58,396 nt of DNA from an uncultured virus (IMG/VR IMGVR_UViG_2654587819_000003) (lineage: Monodnaviria > Sangervirae > Phixviricota > Malgrandaviricetes > Petitvirales > Microviridae): IMG/VR virus record IMGVR_UViG_2654587819_000003; one strand, written 5' to 3'. The translations under genes and the position numbers were made by a program. This document shows positions 1-10,558 of the stretch, one piece after another (the stretch's first letter is position 1; each line of letters begins with the position of its first letter). The notes below the pieces were generated by a model, which had not been told where the DNA came from, did no database searches, and saw only the letters and a program-made list of their open reading frames with translations.

Positions 1-768
1 TCATAGGCCTGGGTCCTCCCACCGGGTGAGGATATCGGTGGCGATGCACCAACGCGTCTCGAGGCGTCCGTGGTCCTTCTCGACTTCGCGGTGCTCGATC
101 AAATAGCGATGGTCCCTGAACGCCTGTAGATTGCGCGCAAAGCCATCAAGTGAGCGTTGCAGATGCGCGAGCAGCGAGCGCCGGTTGTCCTTGACCGCCA
201 GCACATAGTCCGCCTCCGCAGCCACGATGCGCCTGGCGATGGTGCTCTGGCACCCCATCGCGTCGATGGTGACGATCTCACCTTGAGCAGCAACGCGTCA
301 AGCAGTTCGGGAATCGCTGTGATCTCGTTGCTCTTTTCGGCTGTGCGCACTTGCCCGAGCACCGCACCAAGGCCAGTGCCATACGCTGATACCAGATGAA
401 TCGCGCGCTGGCCGGCTTGGTGCGAGCTGCGTACGGTCTTGCCGTCGATCGCTACCACCTGACCCGTGAGCGCCGGGCCCAGGTGACGCATCCAGCGGAT
501 GAAGCACGCTTCGAACTGCCGCGGATTGAACGCGGCAAATACCCGCCCGAAGGTGTCGTGAGAGGGAATGCCGTGCTCCGGCGGCATGTGGCAGCGCTCC
601 GAGTCCAGCTTCGCCCCGAGTCTGGATGGCCACCTAACTGTTCTGCGCCTGACAGAATCGCGCACAGCGCAACCAGCAGCATTTCTCGCTCAATGCGTGG
701 ACCGATGCGCGGCTGCGCGGATCCTTCAGTTCGCCAAATGCCTCTTCAATGCTCAGTACGTCTTCCAT
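1..768 (-). pseudogene. ISAs1-family transposase, multiply frameshifted
   Basis: ATG at 768 (MEDVLSIEEAFGELKDPRS). Family motifs LLVALCAILSGA, GIPSHDTFGRVF, AIDGKTVR, KSNEITAIPELL, MGCQ..IA..I, DYVLAVK and EKDHGRLETR are spread over several frames. Confidence 0.9.
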
Positions 769-1001
769 CCACCCGTCGCGCAAAAGGCGACAGTAAACGC
801 CTTTCGCTCGTCGTTAACAACCCATTGCGATAACCCATTGATTGCTAACTGTAGCGGCCTGATTACATCNNNNNNNNNNNNNNNNNNNNNNNNNNNNNNN
901 NNNNNNNNNNNNNNNNNNNNNNNNNNNNNNNNNNNNNNNNNNNNNNNNNNNNNNNNNNNNNNNNNNNNNTCAGCGGGACAGGACACTAGGCCGTTATGGC
1001 A

Positions 1002-1235
1002 TCAGAACTTGTGCCGCATGCCAACGGTGGCCTCGAACACAGAACTGCGCCCGCTGACCGCCATCGTGAACCCCGGCGTACCGGCCAGCGTGCGCCACGC
1101 GCCGTTGAACTGCGTGTAGTCGACGCCCGCATAGACATCCGTGCGCTTGCTCAGGCTGTAGTCCAGCAACGGGCCGCCGGTCACGCGCGTGCCGCTTTGT
1201 CCGGCATGCTTGAGCCGGTCGAAATAGAGCGGCAG
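1002..1235 (-). CDS. Gram-negative porin, C-terminal fragment
   Basis: DYSLSKRTDVYAGVDY...VGMRHKF-stop, a typical betaproteobacterial porin C-terminus. Confidence 0.85.
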   Translation of the reverse strand: MPLYFDRLKHAGQSGTRVTGGPLLDYSLSKRTDVYAGVDYTQFNGAWRTLAGTPGFTMAVSGRSSVFEATVGMRHKF

Positions 1236-1349
1236 NNNNNNNNNNNNNNNNNNNNNNNNNNNNNNNNNNNNNNNNNNNNNNNNNNNNNNNNNNNNNNNNN
1301 NNNNNNNNNNNNNNNNNNNNNNNNNNNNNNNNNNNGTGGAGCTGATCTG

Positions 1350-1456
1350 ATGCGCGTACGGGCCATCCAGGGCGACACCATCGACGCCATCTGCCAGCGG
1401 GTGTACGGCCGCACGGCGAGCGTGACGGAAGCCGTGCTGGCCGCCAATCCCGGCAT
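1350..1456 (+). CDS. P2-like tail protein X, N-terminal fragment
   Basis: MRVRAIQGDTIDAICQRVYGRTASVTEAVLAANPG, preceded by a ...VELI-stop gene end. Confidence 0.85.
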
Positions 1457-1556
1457 NNNNNNNNNNNNNNNNNNNNNNNNNNNNNNNNNNNNNNNNNNNN
1501 NNNNNNNNNNNNNNNNNNNNNNNNNNNNNNNNNNNNNNNNNNNNNNNNNNNNNNNN

Positions 1557-1659
1557 GCTTTCGGTGTTTGGCCGAAGTAAAGCTGACCCACCCGGGTCCT
1601 GTGTCACGCGGCTGCTTTCGCGCTTGCCCGCGTCGACGTTTGCCCTGCCTTGCGCTTGT
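1557..1659 (-). mobile_element. istB: IS21-family right-end region with istB 3' end (1604-1659)
   Basis: KRKAGQTSTRASAKAAA-stop, then GTGGGTCAGCTTTACTTCGGC, which matches the subterminal repeats of the IS21 left end at 39227-39270. Confidence 0.7.
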
Positions 1660-1759
1660 NNNNNNNNNNNNNNNNNNNNNNNNNNNNNNNNNNNNNNNNN
1701 NNNNNNNNNNNNNNNNNNNNNNNNNNNNNNNNNNNNNNNNNNNNNNNNNNNNNNNNNNN

Positions 1760-1923
1760 CCACCATTACCAGCATTAACCGTCAAACTATCAAAATATAA
1801 CGTTGACGATGTAGCTTTAGGTGTCTGTAAAACAGGTGCCGAAGAAGCTGGAGTAACAGAAGTGAGAACCAGCTTATCAGAAAAAAAGTTTGAATTATGG
1901 CGAGAAATAAAAGTCTGAAACAT
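1760..1923 (-). CDS. G: phiX174 major spike protein G, N-terminal part (continues at 7163)
   Basis: [36 protein letters not shown]. Confidence 0.98.
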
Positions 1924-2033
1924 GATTAAACTCCTAAGCAGAAAACCTACCGCGCTTCGCTTGGTCAACCCCTCAGCGGCAAAAATTAAAATTTTTACCG
2001 CTTCGGCGTTATAACCTCACACTCAATCTTTTA

Positions 2034-3317
2034 TCACGAAGTCATGATTGAATCGCGAGTGGTCGGCAGATTGCGATAAACGGTCACATTAAATTTAACC
2101 TGACTATTCCACTGCAACAACTGAACGGACTGGAAACACTGGTCATAATCATGGTGGCGAATAAGTACGCGTTCTTGCAAATCACCAGAAGGCGGTTCCT
2201 GAATGAATGGGAAGCCTTCAAGAAGGTGATAAGCAGGAGAAACATACGAAGGCGCATAACGATACCACTGACCCTCAGCAATCTTAAACTTCTTAGACGA
2301 ATCACCAGAACGGAAAACATCCTTCATAGAAATTTCACGCGGCGGCAAGTTGCCATACAAAACAGGGTCGCCAGCAATATCGGTATAAGTCAAAGCACCT
2401 TTAGCGTTAAGGTACTGAATCTCTTTAGTCGCAGTAGGCGGAAAACGAACAAGCGCAAGAGTAAACATAGTGCCATGCTCAGGAACAAAGAAACGCGGCA
2501 CAGAATGTTTATAGGTCTGTTGAACACGACCAGAAAACTGGCCTAACGACGTTTGGTCAGTTCCATCAACATCATAGCCAGATGCCCAGAGATTAGAGCG
2601 CATGACAAGTAAAGGACGGTTGTCAGCGTCATAAGAGGTTTTACCTCCAAATGAAGAAATAACATCATGGTAACGCTGCATGAAGTAATCACGTTCTTGG
2701 TCAGTATGCAAATTAGCATAAGCAGCTTGCAGACCCATAATGTCAATAGATGTGGTAGAAGTCGTCATTTGGCGAGAAAGCTCAGTCTCAGGAGGAAGCG
2801 GAGCAGTCCAAATGTTTTTGAGATGGCAGCAACGGAAACCATAACGAGCATCATCTTGATTAAGCTCATTAGGGTTAGCCTCGGTACGGTCAGGCATCCA
2901 CGGCGCTTTAAAATAGTTGTTATAGATATTCAAATAACCCTGAAACAAATGCTTAGGGATTTTATTGGTATCAGGGTTAATCGTGCCAAGAAAAGCGGCA
3001 TGGTCAATATAACCAGTAGTGTTAACAGTCGGGAGAGGAGTGGCATTAACACCATCCTTCATGAACTTAATCCACTGTTCACCATAAACGTGACGATGAG
3101 GGACATAAAAAGTAAAAATGTCTACAGTAGAGTCAATAGCAAGGCCACGACGCAATGGAGAAAGACGGAGAGCGCCAACGGCGTCCATCTCGAAGGAGTC
3201 GCCAGCGATAACCGGAGTAGTTGAAATGGTAATAAGACGACCAATCTGACCAGCAAGGAAGCCAAGATGGGAAAGGTCATGCGGCATACGCTCGGCGCCA
3301 GTTTGAATATTAGACAT
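2034..3317 (-). CDS. F: phiX174 major capsid protein F
   Basis: MSNIQTGAERMPHDLSHLGFLAGQIGRL...TTRDSIMTS, 427 aa. Confidence 0.99.
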   Translation of the reverse strand: MSNIQTGAERMPHDLSHLGFLAGQIGRLITISTTPVIAGDSFEMDAVGALRLSPLRRGLAIDSTVDIFTFYVPHRHVYGEQWIKFMKDGVNATPLPTVNTTGYIDHAAFLGTINPDTNKIPKHLFQGYLNIYNNYFKAPWMPDRTEANPNELNQDDARYGFRCCHLKNIWTAPLPPETELSRQMTTSTTSIDIMGLQAAYANLHTDQERDYFMQRYHDVISSFGGKTSYDADNRPLLVMRSNLWASGYDVDGTDQTSLGQFSGRVQQTYKHSVPRFFVPEHGTMFTLALVRFPPTATKEIQYLNAKGALTYTDIAGDPVLYGNLPPREISMKDVFRSGDSSKKFKIAEGQWYRYAPSYVSPAYHLLEGFPFIQEPPSGDLQERVLIRHHDYDQCFQSVQLLQWNSQVKFNVTVYRNLPTTRDSIMTS

Positions 3318-3353
3318 AATTTATCCTCAAGTAAGGGGCCGAAGCCCCTGCAA

Positions 3354-3470
3354 TTAAAATTGTTGACCACCTACATACCAAAGACGAGCGCCTTTACGCT
3401 TGCCTTTAGTACCTCGCAACGGCTGCGGACGACCAGGGCGAGCGCCAGAACGTTTTTTACCTTTAGACAT
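3354..3470 (-). CDS. J: phiX174 DNA-binding protein J
   Basis: MSKGKKRSGARPGRPQPLRG... between D and F. Confidence 0.95.
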   Translation of the reverse strand: MSKGKKRSGARPGRPQPLRGTKGKRKGARLWYVGGQQF

Positions 3471-3928
3471 TACATCACTCCTTCTGCACGTAATTTTTGA
3501 CGCACGTTTTCTTCTGCGTCAGTAAGAACGTCAGTGTTTCCTGCGCGTACACGCAAGGTAAACGCGAACAATTCAGCGGCTTTAACCGGACGCTCGACGC
3601 CATTAATAATGTTTTCCGTAAATTCAGCGCCTTCCATGATGAGACAGGCCGTTTGAATGTTGACGGGATGAACATAATAAGCAATGACGGCAGCAATAAA
3701 CTCAACAGGAGCAGGAAAGCGAGGGTATCCTACAAAGTCCAGCGTACCATAAACGCAAGCCTCAACGCAGCGACGAGCACGAGAGCGGTCAGTAGCAATC
3801 CAAACTTTGTTACTCGTCAGAAAATCGAAATCATCTTCGGTTAAATCCAAAACGGCAGAAGCCTGAATGAGCTTAATAGAGGCCAAAGCGGTCTGGAAAC
3901 GTACGGATTGTTCAGTAACTTGACTCAT
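3470..3928 (-). CDS. D: phiX174 external scaffolding protein D
   Basis: [20 protein letters not shown]..., 152 aa. Confidence 0.99.
   Translation of the reverse strand: MSQVTEQSVRFQTALASIKLIQASAVLDLTEDDFDFLTSNKVWIATDRSRARRCVEACVYGTLDFVGYPRFPAPVEFIAAVIAYYVHPVNIQTACLIMEGAEFTENIINGVERPVKAAELFAFTLRVRAGNTDVLTDAEENVRQKLRAEGVM
3475..3750 (-). pseudogene. E: phiX174 lysis gene E with amber codon 7 (am3)
   Basis: ATG GTA CGC TGG ACT TTG TAG. The rest of the E frame (SLLLPSLLIMFIPSTFKRPV...) is intact. Confidence 0.95.
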
Positions 3929-4185
3929 GATTTCTTACCTATTAGTGGTTGAACAGCATCGGACTCAGATAGTAATCCACGCTCTTTTAAAATGTCAACA
4001 AGAGAATCTCTACCATGAACAAAATGTGACTCATATCTAAACCAGTCCTTGACGAACGTGCCAAGCATATTAAGCCACTTCTCCTCATCCAACGCGTCAG
4101 TTTTTGACAGAATCGTTAGTTGATGGCGAAAGGTCGCAAAGTAAGAGCTTCTCGAGCTGCGCAAGGATAGGTCGAATTTTCTCAT
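3925..4185 (-). CDS. C: phiX174 protein C
   Basis: [23 protein letters not shown]... Confidence 0.97.
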   Translation of the reverse strand: MRKFDLSLRSSRSSYFATFRHQLTILSKTDALDEEKWLNMLGTFVKDWFRYESHFVHGRDSLVDILKERGLLSESDAVQPLIGKKS

Positions 4186-4267
4186 TTTCCGCCAGCAGTC
4201 CACTTCGATTTAATTCGTAAACAAGCAGTAGTAATTCCTGCTTTATCAAGATAATTTTTCGACTCAT
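4097..4267 (-). CDS. K: phiX174 protein K
   Basis: Overlapping frame [15 protein letters not shown] at the canonical position. Confidence 0.9.
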   Translation of the reverse strand: MSRKIILIKQELLLLVYELNRSGLLAENEKIRPILAQLEKLLLCDLSPSTNDSVKN

Positions 4268-5723
4268 CAGAAATATCCGAAAGTGTTAACTTCTGCGTCA
4301 TGGAAGCGATAAAACTCTGCAGGTTGGATACGCCAATCATTTTTATCGAAGCGCGCATAAATTTGAGCAGATTTGTCGTCACAGGTTGCGCCGCCAAAAC
4401 GTCGGCTACAGTAACTTTTCCCAGCCTCAATCTCATCTCTCTTTTTGCGTTCTGCTTCAATATCTGGTTGAACGGCGTCGCGTCGTAACCCAGCTTGGTA
4501 AGTTGGATTAAGCACTCCGTGGACAGATTTGTCATTGTGAGCATTTTCATCCCGAAGTTGCGGCTCATTCTGATTCTGAACAGCTTCTTGGGAAGTAGCG
4601 ACAGCTTGGTTTTTAGTGAGTTGTTCCATTCTTTAGCTCCTAGACCTTTAGCAGCAAGGTCCATATCTGACTTTTTGTTAACGTATTTAGCCACATAGAA
4701 ACCAACAGCCATATAACTGGTAGCTTTAAGCGGCTCACCTTTAGCATCAACAGGCCACAACCAACCAGAACGTGAAAAAGCGTCCTGCGTGTAGCGAACT
4801 GCGATGGGCATACTGTAACCATAAGGCCACGTATTTTGCAAGCTATTTAACTGGCGGCGATTGCGTACCCGACGACCAAAATTAGGGTCAACGCTACCTG
4901 TAGGAAGTGTCCGCATAAAGTGCACCGCATGGAAATGAAGACGGCCATTAGCTGTACCATACTCAGGCACACAAAAATACTGATAGCAGTCGGCGTGTGA
5001 ATCATTAGCCTTGCGACCCTCGGCAGCAAGAACCATACGACCAATATCACGAAAATAGTCACGCAAAGCATTGGGATTATCATAAAACGCCTCTAATCGG
5101 TCGTCAGCCAACGTGAGAGTGTCAAAAACGATAAACCAACCATCAGCATGAGCCTGTCGCATTGCATTCATCAAACGCTGAATAGCAAAGCCTCTACGCG
5201 ATTTCATAGTGGAGGCCTCCAGCAATCTTGAACACTCATCCTTAATACCTTTCTTTTTGGGGTAATTATACTCATCGCGAATATCCTTAAGAGGGCGTTC
5301 AGCAGCCAGCTTGCGGCAAAACTGCGTAACCGTCTTCTCGTTCTCTAAAAACCATTTTTCGTCCCCTTCGGGGCGGTGGTCTATAGTGTTATTAATATCA
5401 AGTTGGGGGAGCACATTGTAGCATTGTGCCAATTCATCCATTAACTTCTCAGTAACAGATACAAACTCATCACGAACGTCAGAAGCAGCCTTATGGCCGT
5501 CAACATACATATCACCATTATCGAACTCAACGCCCTGCATACGAAAAGACAGAATCTCTTCCAAGAGCTTGATGCGGTTATCCATCTGCTTATGGAAGCC
5601 AAGCATTGGGGATTGAGAAAGAGTAGAAATGCCACAAGCCTCAATAGCAGGTTTAAGAGCCTCGATACGCTCAAAGTCAAAATAATCAGCGTGACATTCA
5701 GAAGGGTAATAAGAACGAACCAT
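4182..5723 (-). CDS. A: phiX174 replication initiator A (A* starts internally at 5207)
   Basis: [24 protein letters not shown] motif LHFHAVH, and YVAKY. Confidence 0.99.
   Translation of the reverse strand: MVRSYYPSECHADYFDFERIEALKPAIEACGISTLSQSPMLGFHKQMDNRIKLLEEILSFRMQGVEFDNGDMYVDGHKAASDVRDEFVSVTEKLMDELAQCYNVLPQLDINNTIDHRPEGDEKWFLENEKTVTQFCRKLAAERPLKDIRDEYNYPKKKGIKDECSRLLEASTMKSRRGFAIQRLMNAMRQAHADGWFIVFDTLTLADDRLEAFYDNPNALRDYFRDIGRMVLAAEGRKANDSHADCYQYFCVPEYGTANGRLHFHAVHFMRTLPTGSVDPNFGRRVRNRRQLNSLQNTWPYGYSMPIAVRYTQDAFSRSGWLWPVDAKGEPLKATSYMAVGFYVAKYVNKKSDMDLAAKGLGAKEWNNSLKTKLSLLPKKLFRIRMSRNFGMKMLTMTNLSTECLIQLTKLGYDATPFNQILKQNAKREMRLRLGKVTVADVLAAQPVTTNLLKFMRASIKMIGVSNLQSFIASMTQKLTLSDISDESKNYLDKAGITTACLRIKSKWTAGGK
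4267..4629 (-). CDS. B: phiX174 internal scaffolding protein B
   Basis: [24 protein letters not shown]..., 120 aa. Confidence 0.99.
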   Translation of the reverse strand: MEQLTKNQAVATSQEAVQNQNEPQLRDENAHNDKSVHGVLNPTYQAGLRRDAVQPDIEAERKKRDEIEAGKSYCSRRFGGATCDDKSAQIYARFDKNDWRIQPAEFYRFHDAEVNTFGYF

Positions 5724-5786
5724 AAAAAAGCCTCCAAGATTTGGAGGCATGAAAACATACAATTGGGAGGGTGTCAATCCTGACGG

Positions 5787-6773
5787 TTATTTCCTAGACA
5801 AATTAGAGCCAATACCATCAGCTTTACCGTCTTTCCAGAAATTGTTCCAAGTATCGGCAACAGCTTTATCAATACCATGAAAAATATCAACCACACCAGA
5901 AGCAGCATCAGTGACGACATTAGAAATATCCTTTGCAGTAGCGCCAATATGAGAAGAGCCATACCGCTGATTCTGCGTTTGCTGATGAACTAAGTCAACC
6001 TCAGCACTAACCTTGCGAGTCATTTCTTTGATTTGGTCATTGGTAAAATACTGACCAGCCGTTTGAGCTTGAGTAAGCATTTGGCGCATAATCTCGGAAA
6101 CCTGCTGTTGCTTGGAAAGATTGGTGTTTTCCATAATAGACGCAACGCGAGCAGTAGACTCCTTCTGTTGATAAGCAAGCATCTCATTTTGTGCATATAC
6201 CTGGTCTTTCGTATTCTGGCGTGAAGTCGCCGACTGAATGCCAGCAATCTCTTTTTGAGTCTCATTTTGCATCTCGGCAATCTCTTTCTGATTGTCCAGT
6301 TGCATTTTAGTAAGCTCTTTTTGATTCTCAAATCCGGCGTCAACCATACCAGCAGAGGAAGCATCAGCACCAGCACGCTCCCAAGCATTAAGCTCAGGAA
6401 ATGCAGCAGCAAGATAATCACGAGTATCCTTTCCTTTATCAGCGGCAGACTTGCCACCAAGTCCAACCAAATCAAGCAACTTATCAGAAACGGCAGAAGT
6501 GCCAGCCTGCAACGTACCTTCAAGAAGTCCTTTACCAGCTTTAGCCATAGCACCAGAAACAAAACTAGGGACGGCCTCATCAGGGTTAGGAACATTAGAG
6601 CCTTGAATGGCAGATTTAATACCAGCATCACCCATGCCTACAGTATTGTTATCGGTAGCAAGCACATCACCTTGAATGCCACCGGAGGCGGCTTTTTGAC
6701 CGCCTCCAAACAATTTAGACATGGCGCCACCAGCAAGAGCAGAAGCAATACCGCCAGCAATAGCACCAAACAT
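5787..6773 (-). CDS. H: phiX174 DNA pilot protein H
   Basis: [22 protein letters not shown]..., 328 aa. Confidence 0.99.
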   Translation of the reverse strand: MFGAIAGGIASALAGGAMSKLFGGGQKAASGGIQGDVLATDNNTVGMGDAGIKSAIQGSNVPNPDEAVPSFVSGAMAKAGKGLLEGTLQAGTSAVSDKLLDLVGLGGKSAADKGKDTRDYLAAAFPELNAWERAGADASSAGMVDAGFENQKELTKMQLDNQKEIAEMQNETQKEIAGIQSATSRQNTKDQVYAQNEMLAYQQKESTARVASIMENTNLSKQQQVSEIMRQMLTQAQTAGQYFTNDQIKEMTRKVSAEVDLVHQQTQNQRYGSSHIGATAKDISNVVTDAASGVVDIFHGIDKAVADTWNNFWKDGKADGIGSNLSRK

Positions 6774-6781
6774 AAATCACC

Positions 6782-7163
6782 TCACTTAAGTGGCTGGAGA
6801 CAAATAATCTCTTTAATAACCTGATTCAGCGAAACCAATCCGCGGCATTTAGTAGCGGTAAAGTTAGACCAAACCATGAAACCAACATAAACATTATTGC
6901 CCGGCGTACGGGGAAGGACGTCAATAGTCACACAGTCCTTGACGGTATAATAACCACCATCATGGCGACCATCCAAAGGATAAACATCATAGGCAGTCGG
7001 GAGGGTAGTCGGAACCGAAGAAGACTCAAAGCGAACCAAACAGGCAAAAAATTTAGGGTCGGCATCAAAAGCAATATCAGCACCAACAGAAACAACCTGA
7101 TTAGCGGCGTTGACAGTATCCATCTGAATGCAATGAAGAAACCCACCATTACCAGCATTAACC
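6782..7163 (-). CDS. G: phiX174 spike protein G, C-terminal part
   Basis: [22 protein letters not shown]...EIICLQPLK. Confidence 0.98.
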
Positions 7164-7263
7164 NNNNNNNNNNNNNNNNNNNNNNNNNNNNNNNNNNNNN
7201 NNNNNNNNNNNNNNNNNNNNNNNNNNNNNNNNNNNNNNNNNNNNNNNNNNNNNNNNNNNNNNN

Positions 7264-7819
7264 CTCCGAGCCGCACCGGCTGGCGGACATCCCGCGCGCC
7301 ATCGAGGCGCTCGGCACGCTGCTCGACACCCGCGCCACCGCGCGCGACGCCGCCGAGCAGTTCCGCCGGCAGGCCGACGACCTGCGCAGGCGCTATGCCG
7401 GCCGGCCGCCGGTGACGGTGTTCTTCCAGGTATGGGCGCAGCCGCTGATGACGCTCAACGGCCAGCACGTCTTCTCCGACATGCTCGCGCTGTGCGGCGG
7501 CCGCAATGTGTTTGCCGACGAGCAGCCGCTGGTGCCGACGGTCTCGACCGAAGCCGTGCTCGCGGCCAACCCGGAAGCGCTGCTGACCGCCGGCATGGGC
7601 GCCACCCAAGGCAGCCGCCCGATCGATACGCTCGACGGGTGGAAGCGCTGGCCGTCCCTGCTGGCGGTGCAGCGTGGCAACCTGTTCACCATCGATGGCG
7701 ACCTGATCAACCGGCCGGGTCCGCGCCTGCTGCAAGGCGCCGCGATGCTGTGCGAAGACCTGGAACAGGCCCGCGCGCGCCGGCCGGCCCAGGGGAGCAC
7801 CGCGGCGGCGAACCGCTGA
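7264..7819 (+). CDS. btuF: Cobalamin-binding periplasmic protein (BtuF-like), 5' partial
   Basis: VFFQVWAQPLMTLNGQH...LCGGRNVFAD...VSTEAVLAANP...GDLINRPGPRL; lies next to a CobC-like gene. Confidence 0.8.
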
Positions 7820-7853
7820 CCCTCGGCGGTCAGTGGTTCAGCGGCTCAACGAT

Positions 7854-8300
7854 TCAGCGGTTCCAGAACAGCAGCAGCGGCGGCCCGTCGGGCAGCACGC
7901 GGAAGCCGCAGGCGCTGCCCCATTGCAACGGCCATTGCAGTGTTTCGGTCACCGGGCGCTGCAGCCAGTGCGCGGCGAGCGCGCGCATGCAGCCGGCGTG
8001 CGTCACGGCCCAGAGGCAGGGCTGCGGCGTGGCTGTCGTCGCGGTTGCCCATGCCGTGACCCGTGCAACCAGGTCCGCGGCCGACTCGCCGCCGTGAGGG
8101 TTGCCGTGCAGCACATCGCGGGCCCAGCGGTCCAGTTCGGTCCGCGGGATGTCGTCCCACTGGCGGCCTTCCCAGTCACCGAAATCCAGCTCCACCAGGC
8201 GGGCATCCAATTCGGGCATCGGCAGGCCCGCCGCTTGCGCCAGTGCCCGGGCCGTCAGCACACTGCGCTGCAGTGGGCTGGCCACCAGCCGCTGCGGCGG
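7854..8300 (-). CDS. Histidine phosphatase family (alpha-ribazole phosphatase CobC-like), 5' partial
   Basis: SPLQRS, DARLVELDFGDWEG, GGES and VTHAG motifs. Confidence 0.8.
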   Translation of the reverse strand, partial: PPQRLVASPLQRSVLTARALAQAAGLPMPELDARLVELDFGDWEGRQWDDIPRTELDRWARDVLHGNPHGGESAADLVARVTAWATATTATPQPCLWAVTHAGCMRALAAHWLQRPVTETLQWPLQWGSACGFRVLPDGPPLLLFWNR

Positions 8301-8400
8301 NNNNNNNNNNNNNNNNNNNNNNNNNNNNNNNNNNNNNNNNNNNNNNNNNNNNNNNNNNNNNNNNNNNNNNNNNNNNNNNNNNNNNNNNNNNNNNNNNNNN

Positions 8401-8509
8401 CGGCCTGCGCCTCTTCATCGACGTGCAGTGCGTACGCATGAAGCGCGAGCGCGCTGATGAGAAGGCAGCTGTAGGTCAGGAACCCCTTGATGCGATGGAC
8501 GCGGTTCAT
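8401..8509 (-). CDS. Small phage membrane protein, 5' part (3' part at 20112-20167)
   Basis: MNRVHRIKGFLTYSCLLISALALHAYALHVDEEAQA. The contig end CGGCCTGCGCCTCTTCATCGA is identical to 20147-20167. Confidence 0.65.
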
Positions 8510-8537
8510 CGTTCGCTCCGGTGTTGTTGATGGAGTG

Positions 8538-8566
8538 ATTAAACACCATGTTTAATGGTGAGTCAA
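8538..8566 (-). promoter_or_regulatory. Leftward sigma70-like phage promoter overlapped by a palindromic operator
   Basis: Minus strand TTGACT-17bp-TTTAAT. Palindrome ATTAAACA-cca-TGTTTAAT at 8538-8556. Confidence 0.6.
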
Positions 8567-8653
8567 CAAGGCGTTTATTTTGGCTGGCGCGGCGGGCAAG
8601 CAAAGTGTTGCTAAGTGATTAAGCAACTAAATGCTTGCTTAATTAGCAAAAAT

Positions 8654-9130
8654 ATGCTTATGAAGCCCGCCCGCCTAGTGCTCGCCGAAAACCTCGCACG
8701 GTTCATGGCCCTATCAGATGGCCTGAACAGCGCGAATCAACTATCGAAGCGATCCAAGGTCGCTCAGACAACCATCAGCAACTGGCTGCGGGTAGACCAA
8801 ATGCCGTCTTTGGCGCCTCAGTTGAGCGCCTTGGAGGCTGTCGCGCGAGCGCTAGGTGTTACGGTAGGCGTTTTGCTGACTGAGCAAGGTCTGGGCGATG
8901 ACAGGAGCGAAGTTGCGCGGTTGCGCGCTGAGTTGGCGGCAAGTCGTTCGCTGGCGGAGCGCGCATCGCGGCAGCTGTATGAGTTGGCGGCCTTGCTGGG
9001 CGACGATGGTGCGGCAGCCCCCAAGCGCCGGAAGTTTAGCGATCCTGCCATTGCTTCGCCCGAGGACTATCTGCTCACGGGCGCCCCATTGCACGGGGCG
9101 GAGGGTGGGACTACCAAGCACCGAAAATAG
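8654..9130 (+). CDS. XRE-family HTH phage repressor
   Basis: LAENLARFM...SANQLSKRSKVAQTTISNWLR...LEAVARALGVTVGVLL. Confidence 0.8.
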   Translation: MLMKPARLVLAENLARFMALSDGLNSANQLSKRSKVAQTTISNWLRVDQMPSLAPQLSALEAVARALGVTVGVLLTEQGLGDDRSEVARLRAELAASRSLAERASRQLYELAALLGDDGAAAPKRRKFSDPAIASPEDYLLTGAPLHGAEGGTTKHRK

Positions 9131-9174
9131 CATTGGAGTCGGATTTATTGCTCGGGCAACAATAACCCATCTTA

Positions 9175-9189
9175 GAGCGTGTTAGGCAC
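9175..9189 (+). mobile_element. IS5-like terminal sequence after a CTTA target
   Basis: GAGCGTGTTAGGCAC at the contig end; the identical reverse complement is at 40236-40250. Confidence 0.55.
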
Positions 9190-9381
9190 NNNNNNNNNNN
9201 NNNNNNNNNNNNNNNNNNNNNNNNNNNNNNNNNNNNNNNNNNNNNNNNNNNNNNNNNNNNNNNNNNNNNNNNNNNNNNNNNNNNNNNNNGAGCCGGTCTT
9301 CGCCTGCATCCACGTATTTCCAACGGGCTCCGGGGAGCATCCGGCAAATTCCAGATCACTCCCGCCGAACCCGTTTCGGCA

Positions 9382-10101
9382 TCAGTCCGGCTCGATGGGC
9401 CAGAAGAGCAGATCGACCGCGTCGTCGATATAGACCTTCAGCAAGCTTCGAACTGCCTCCGGATCGTCCCATTGCCGGGCAAGCAGATAATATTCGTAGC
9501 CGCTAATCGGTGAGGCAGCTAAAACACTGTGCTTATCCAAGCTCAAAAAATTCTTTGCGTGTACGATCGCGCTGCCCGTTCTCAAGCTGAAAAAGTAGTG
9601 ATCCAGCCCAACGCTTTGCACGTTGATGACAACGGAAAGCTGCGGTGCCGAAATTGCGTAAACCATATCGGTACCGAAATTCGCCTCGCCAATAGCTTGC
9701 CTGTCCCGCGTCTGCTCGTCGCTGAAGACCTGGTTCACCGTATATCCCATGCGCTCCAGCCGGCGCGCAACTGCGTCCGAAAGTTCCGCAGTGATCGTCG
9801 AGTTGGTCATTGCCGCATGCAGTGCTTTTACATAGTTCGGCTTAGCTCGCTTCAGCTCTTCCACGTGCTCCTTCATCGGAATCAATGGCTTAATGACCGC
9901 AACATTGATATCCCGATCGGTCTTTGGTGCCAGAACCGTCACAGTCTTCAGGCGATGCATCAATTCCAGATCACGGCGATTCCTCTCCTCAAAGACCTTC
10001 TGCTGCTCCTGATAGCGAGCATAGCGCGTGCACCCGCTGGCGAGGAGTGACAGCGCCGCGATCGACACCAACCTTCTATTTCTTTTGAAATTTTCACTCA
10101 T
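9382..10101 (-). CDS. Hypothetical lipoprotein
   Basis: Signal peptide with lipobox LLASG/C, 239 aa, lower GC than host genes. Confidence 0.7.
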   Translation of the reverse strand: MSENFKRNRRLVSIAALSLLASGCTRYARYQEQQKVFEERNRRDLELMHRLKTVTVLAPKTDRDINVAVIKPLIPMKEHVEELKRAKPNYVKALHAAMTNSTITAELSDAVARRLERMGYTVNQVFSDEQTRDRQAIGEANFGTDMVYAISAPQLSVVINVQSVGLDHYFFSLRTGSAIVHAKNFLSLDKHSVLAASPISGYEYYLLARQWDDPEAVRSLLKVYIDDAVDLLFWPIEPD

Positions 10102-10558
10102 TTCCACCCCTTCAATAAAACGAAATCTAAAAACTTATTCAAAATAATATAAAAATAAATAGCAATCCATTTTTTGCTTTATGCACATAACCTCAGACTC
10201 AAGCCTTGATAATTTTCGTTGATCAGCTTTGATGACAACAATGGGGAAGGCGCCAACATTTTGTCGATCAGGCTTCGTGGACAGGCACCCCGCAGCGAAA
10301 ATTTGCCGTGTTCAAGGCCGGCTTCCGACCACACCGGCTTGGAGCTGAGCATGGGAACGGGCACGCGCGATCTCGGTCGCGGCATGCCCCATTCTCCCGA
10401 GTGCCACCAATCGTCCGTTTCTTGGCCGTAGCGAACAGCTCAGCGAAAGCGAGTCCATATGGCGTGAAATGCGCCCGCCTCAACCGGAGCCTTTCTGCCT
10501 GGGACGTTCGATCGCCGGTTTCCGATTGGGTGCGGCGGCCGCTATCCGCCCGTTATCT

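Larger units (their letters stand above)
1760..7163 (-). other. Complete phiX174 genome (spike-in contaminant), circularly permuted within gene G
   Basis: All phiX genes in canonical order. 21-nt terminal overlap CCACCATTACCAGCATTAACC. Clearly lower GC than the host. Confidence 0.99.

Noticed and set aside
1760..7163. Microvirus prophage or HGT into the host
   Set aside because: It is a stand-alone circular contig matching the phiX174 am3 control, with no host junctions.
7809..7863. GAACCGCTGA-like repeats between the btuF and cobC-like genes as a REP element
   Set aside because: Adequately explained by a single terminator-like hairpin between convergent genes.
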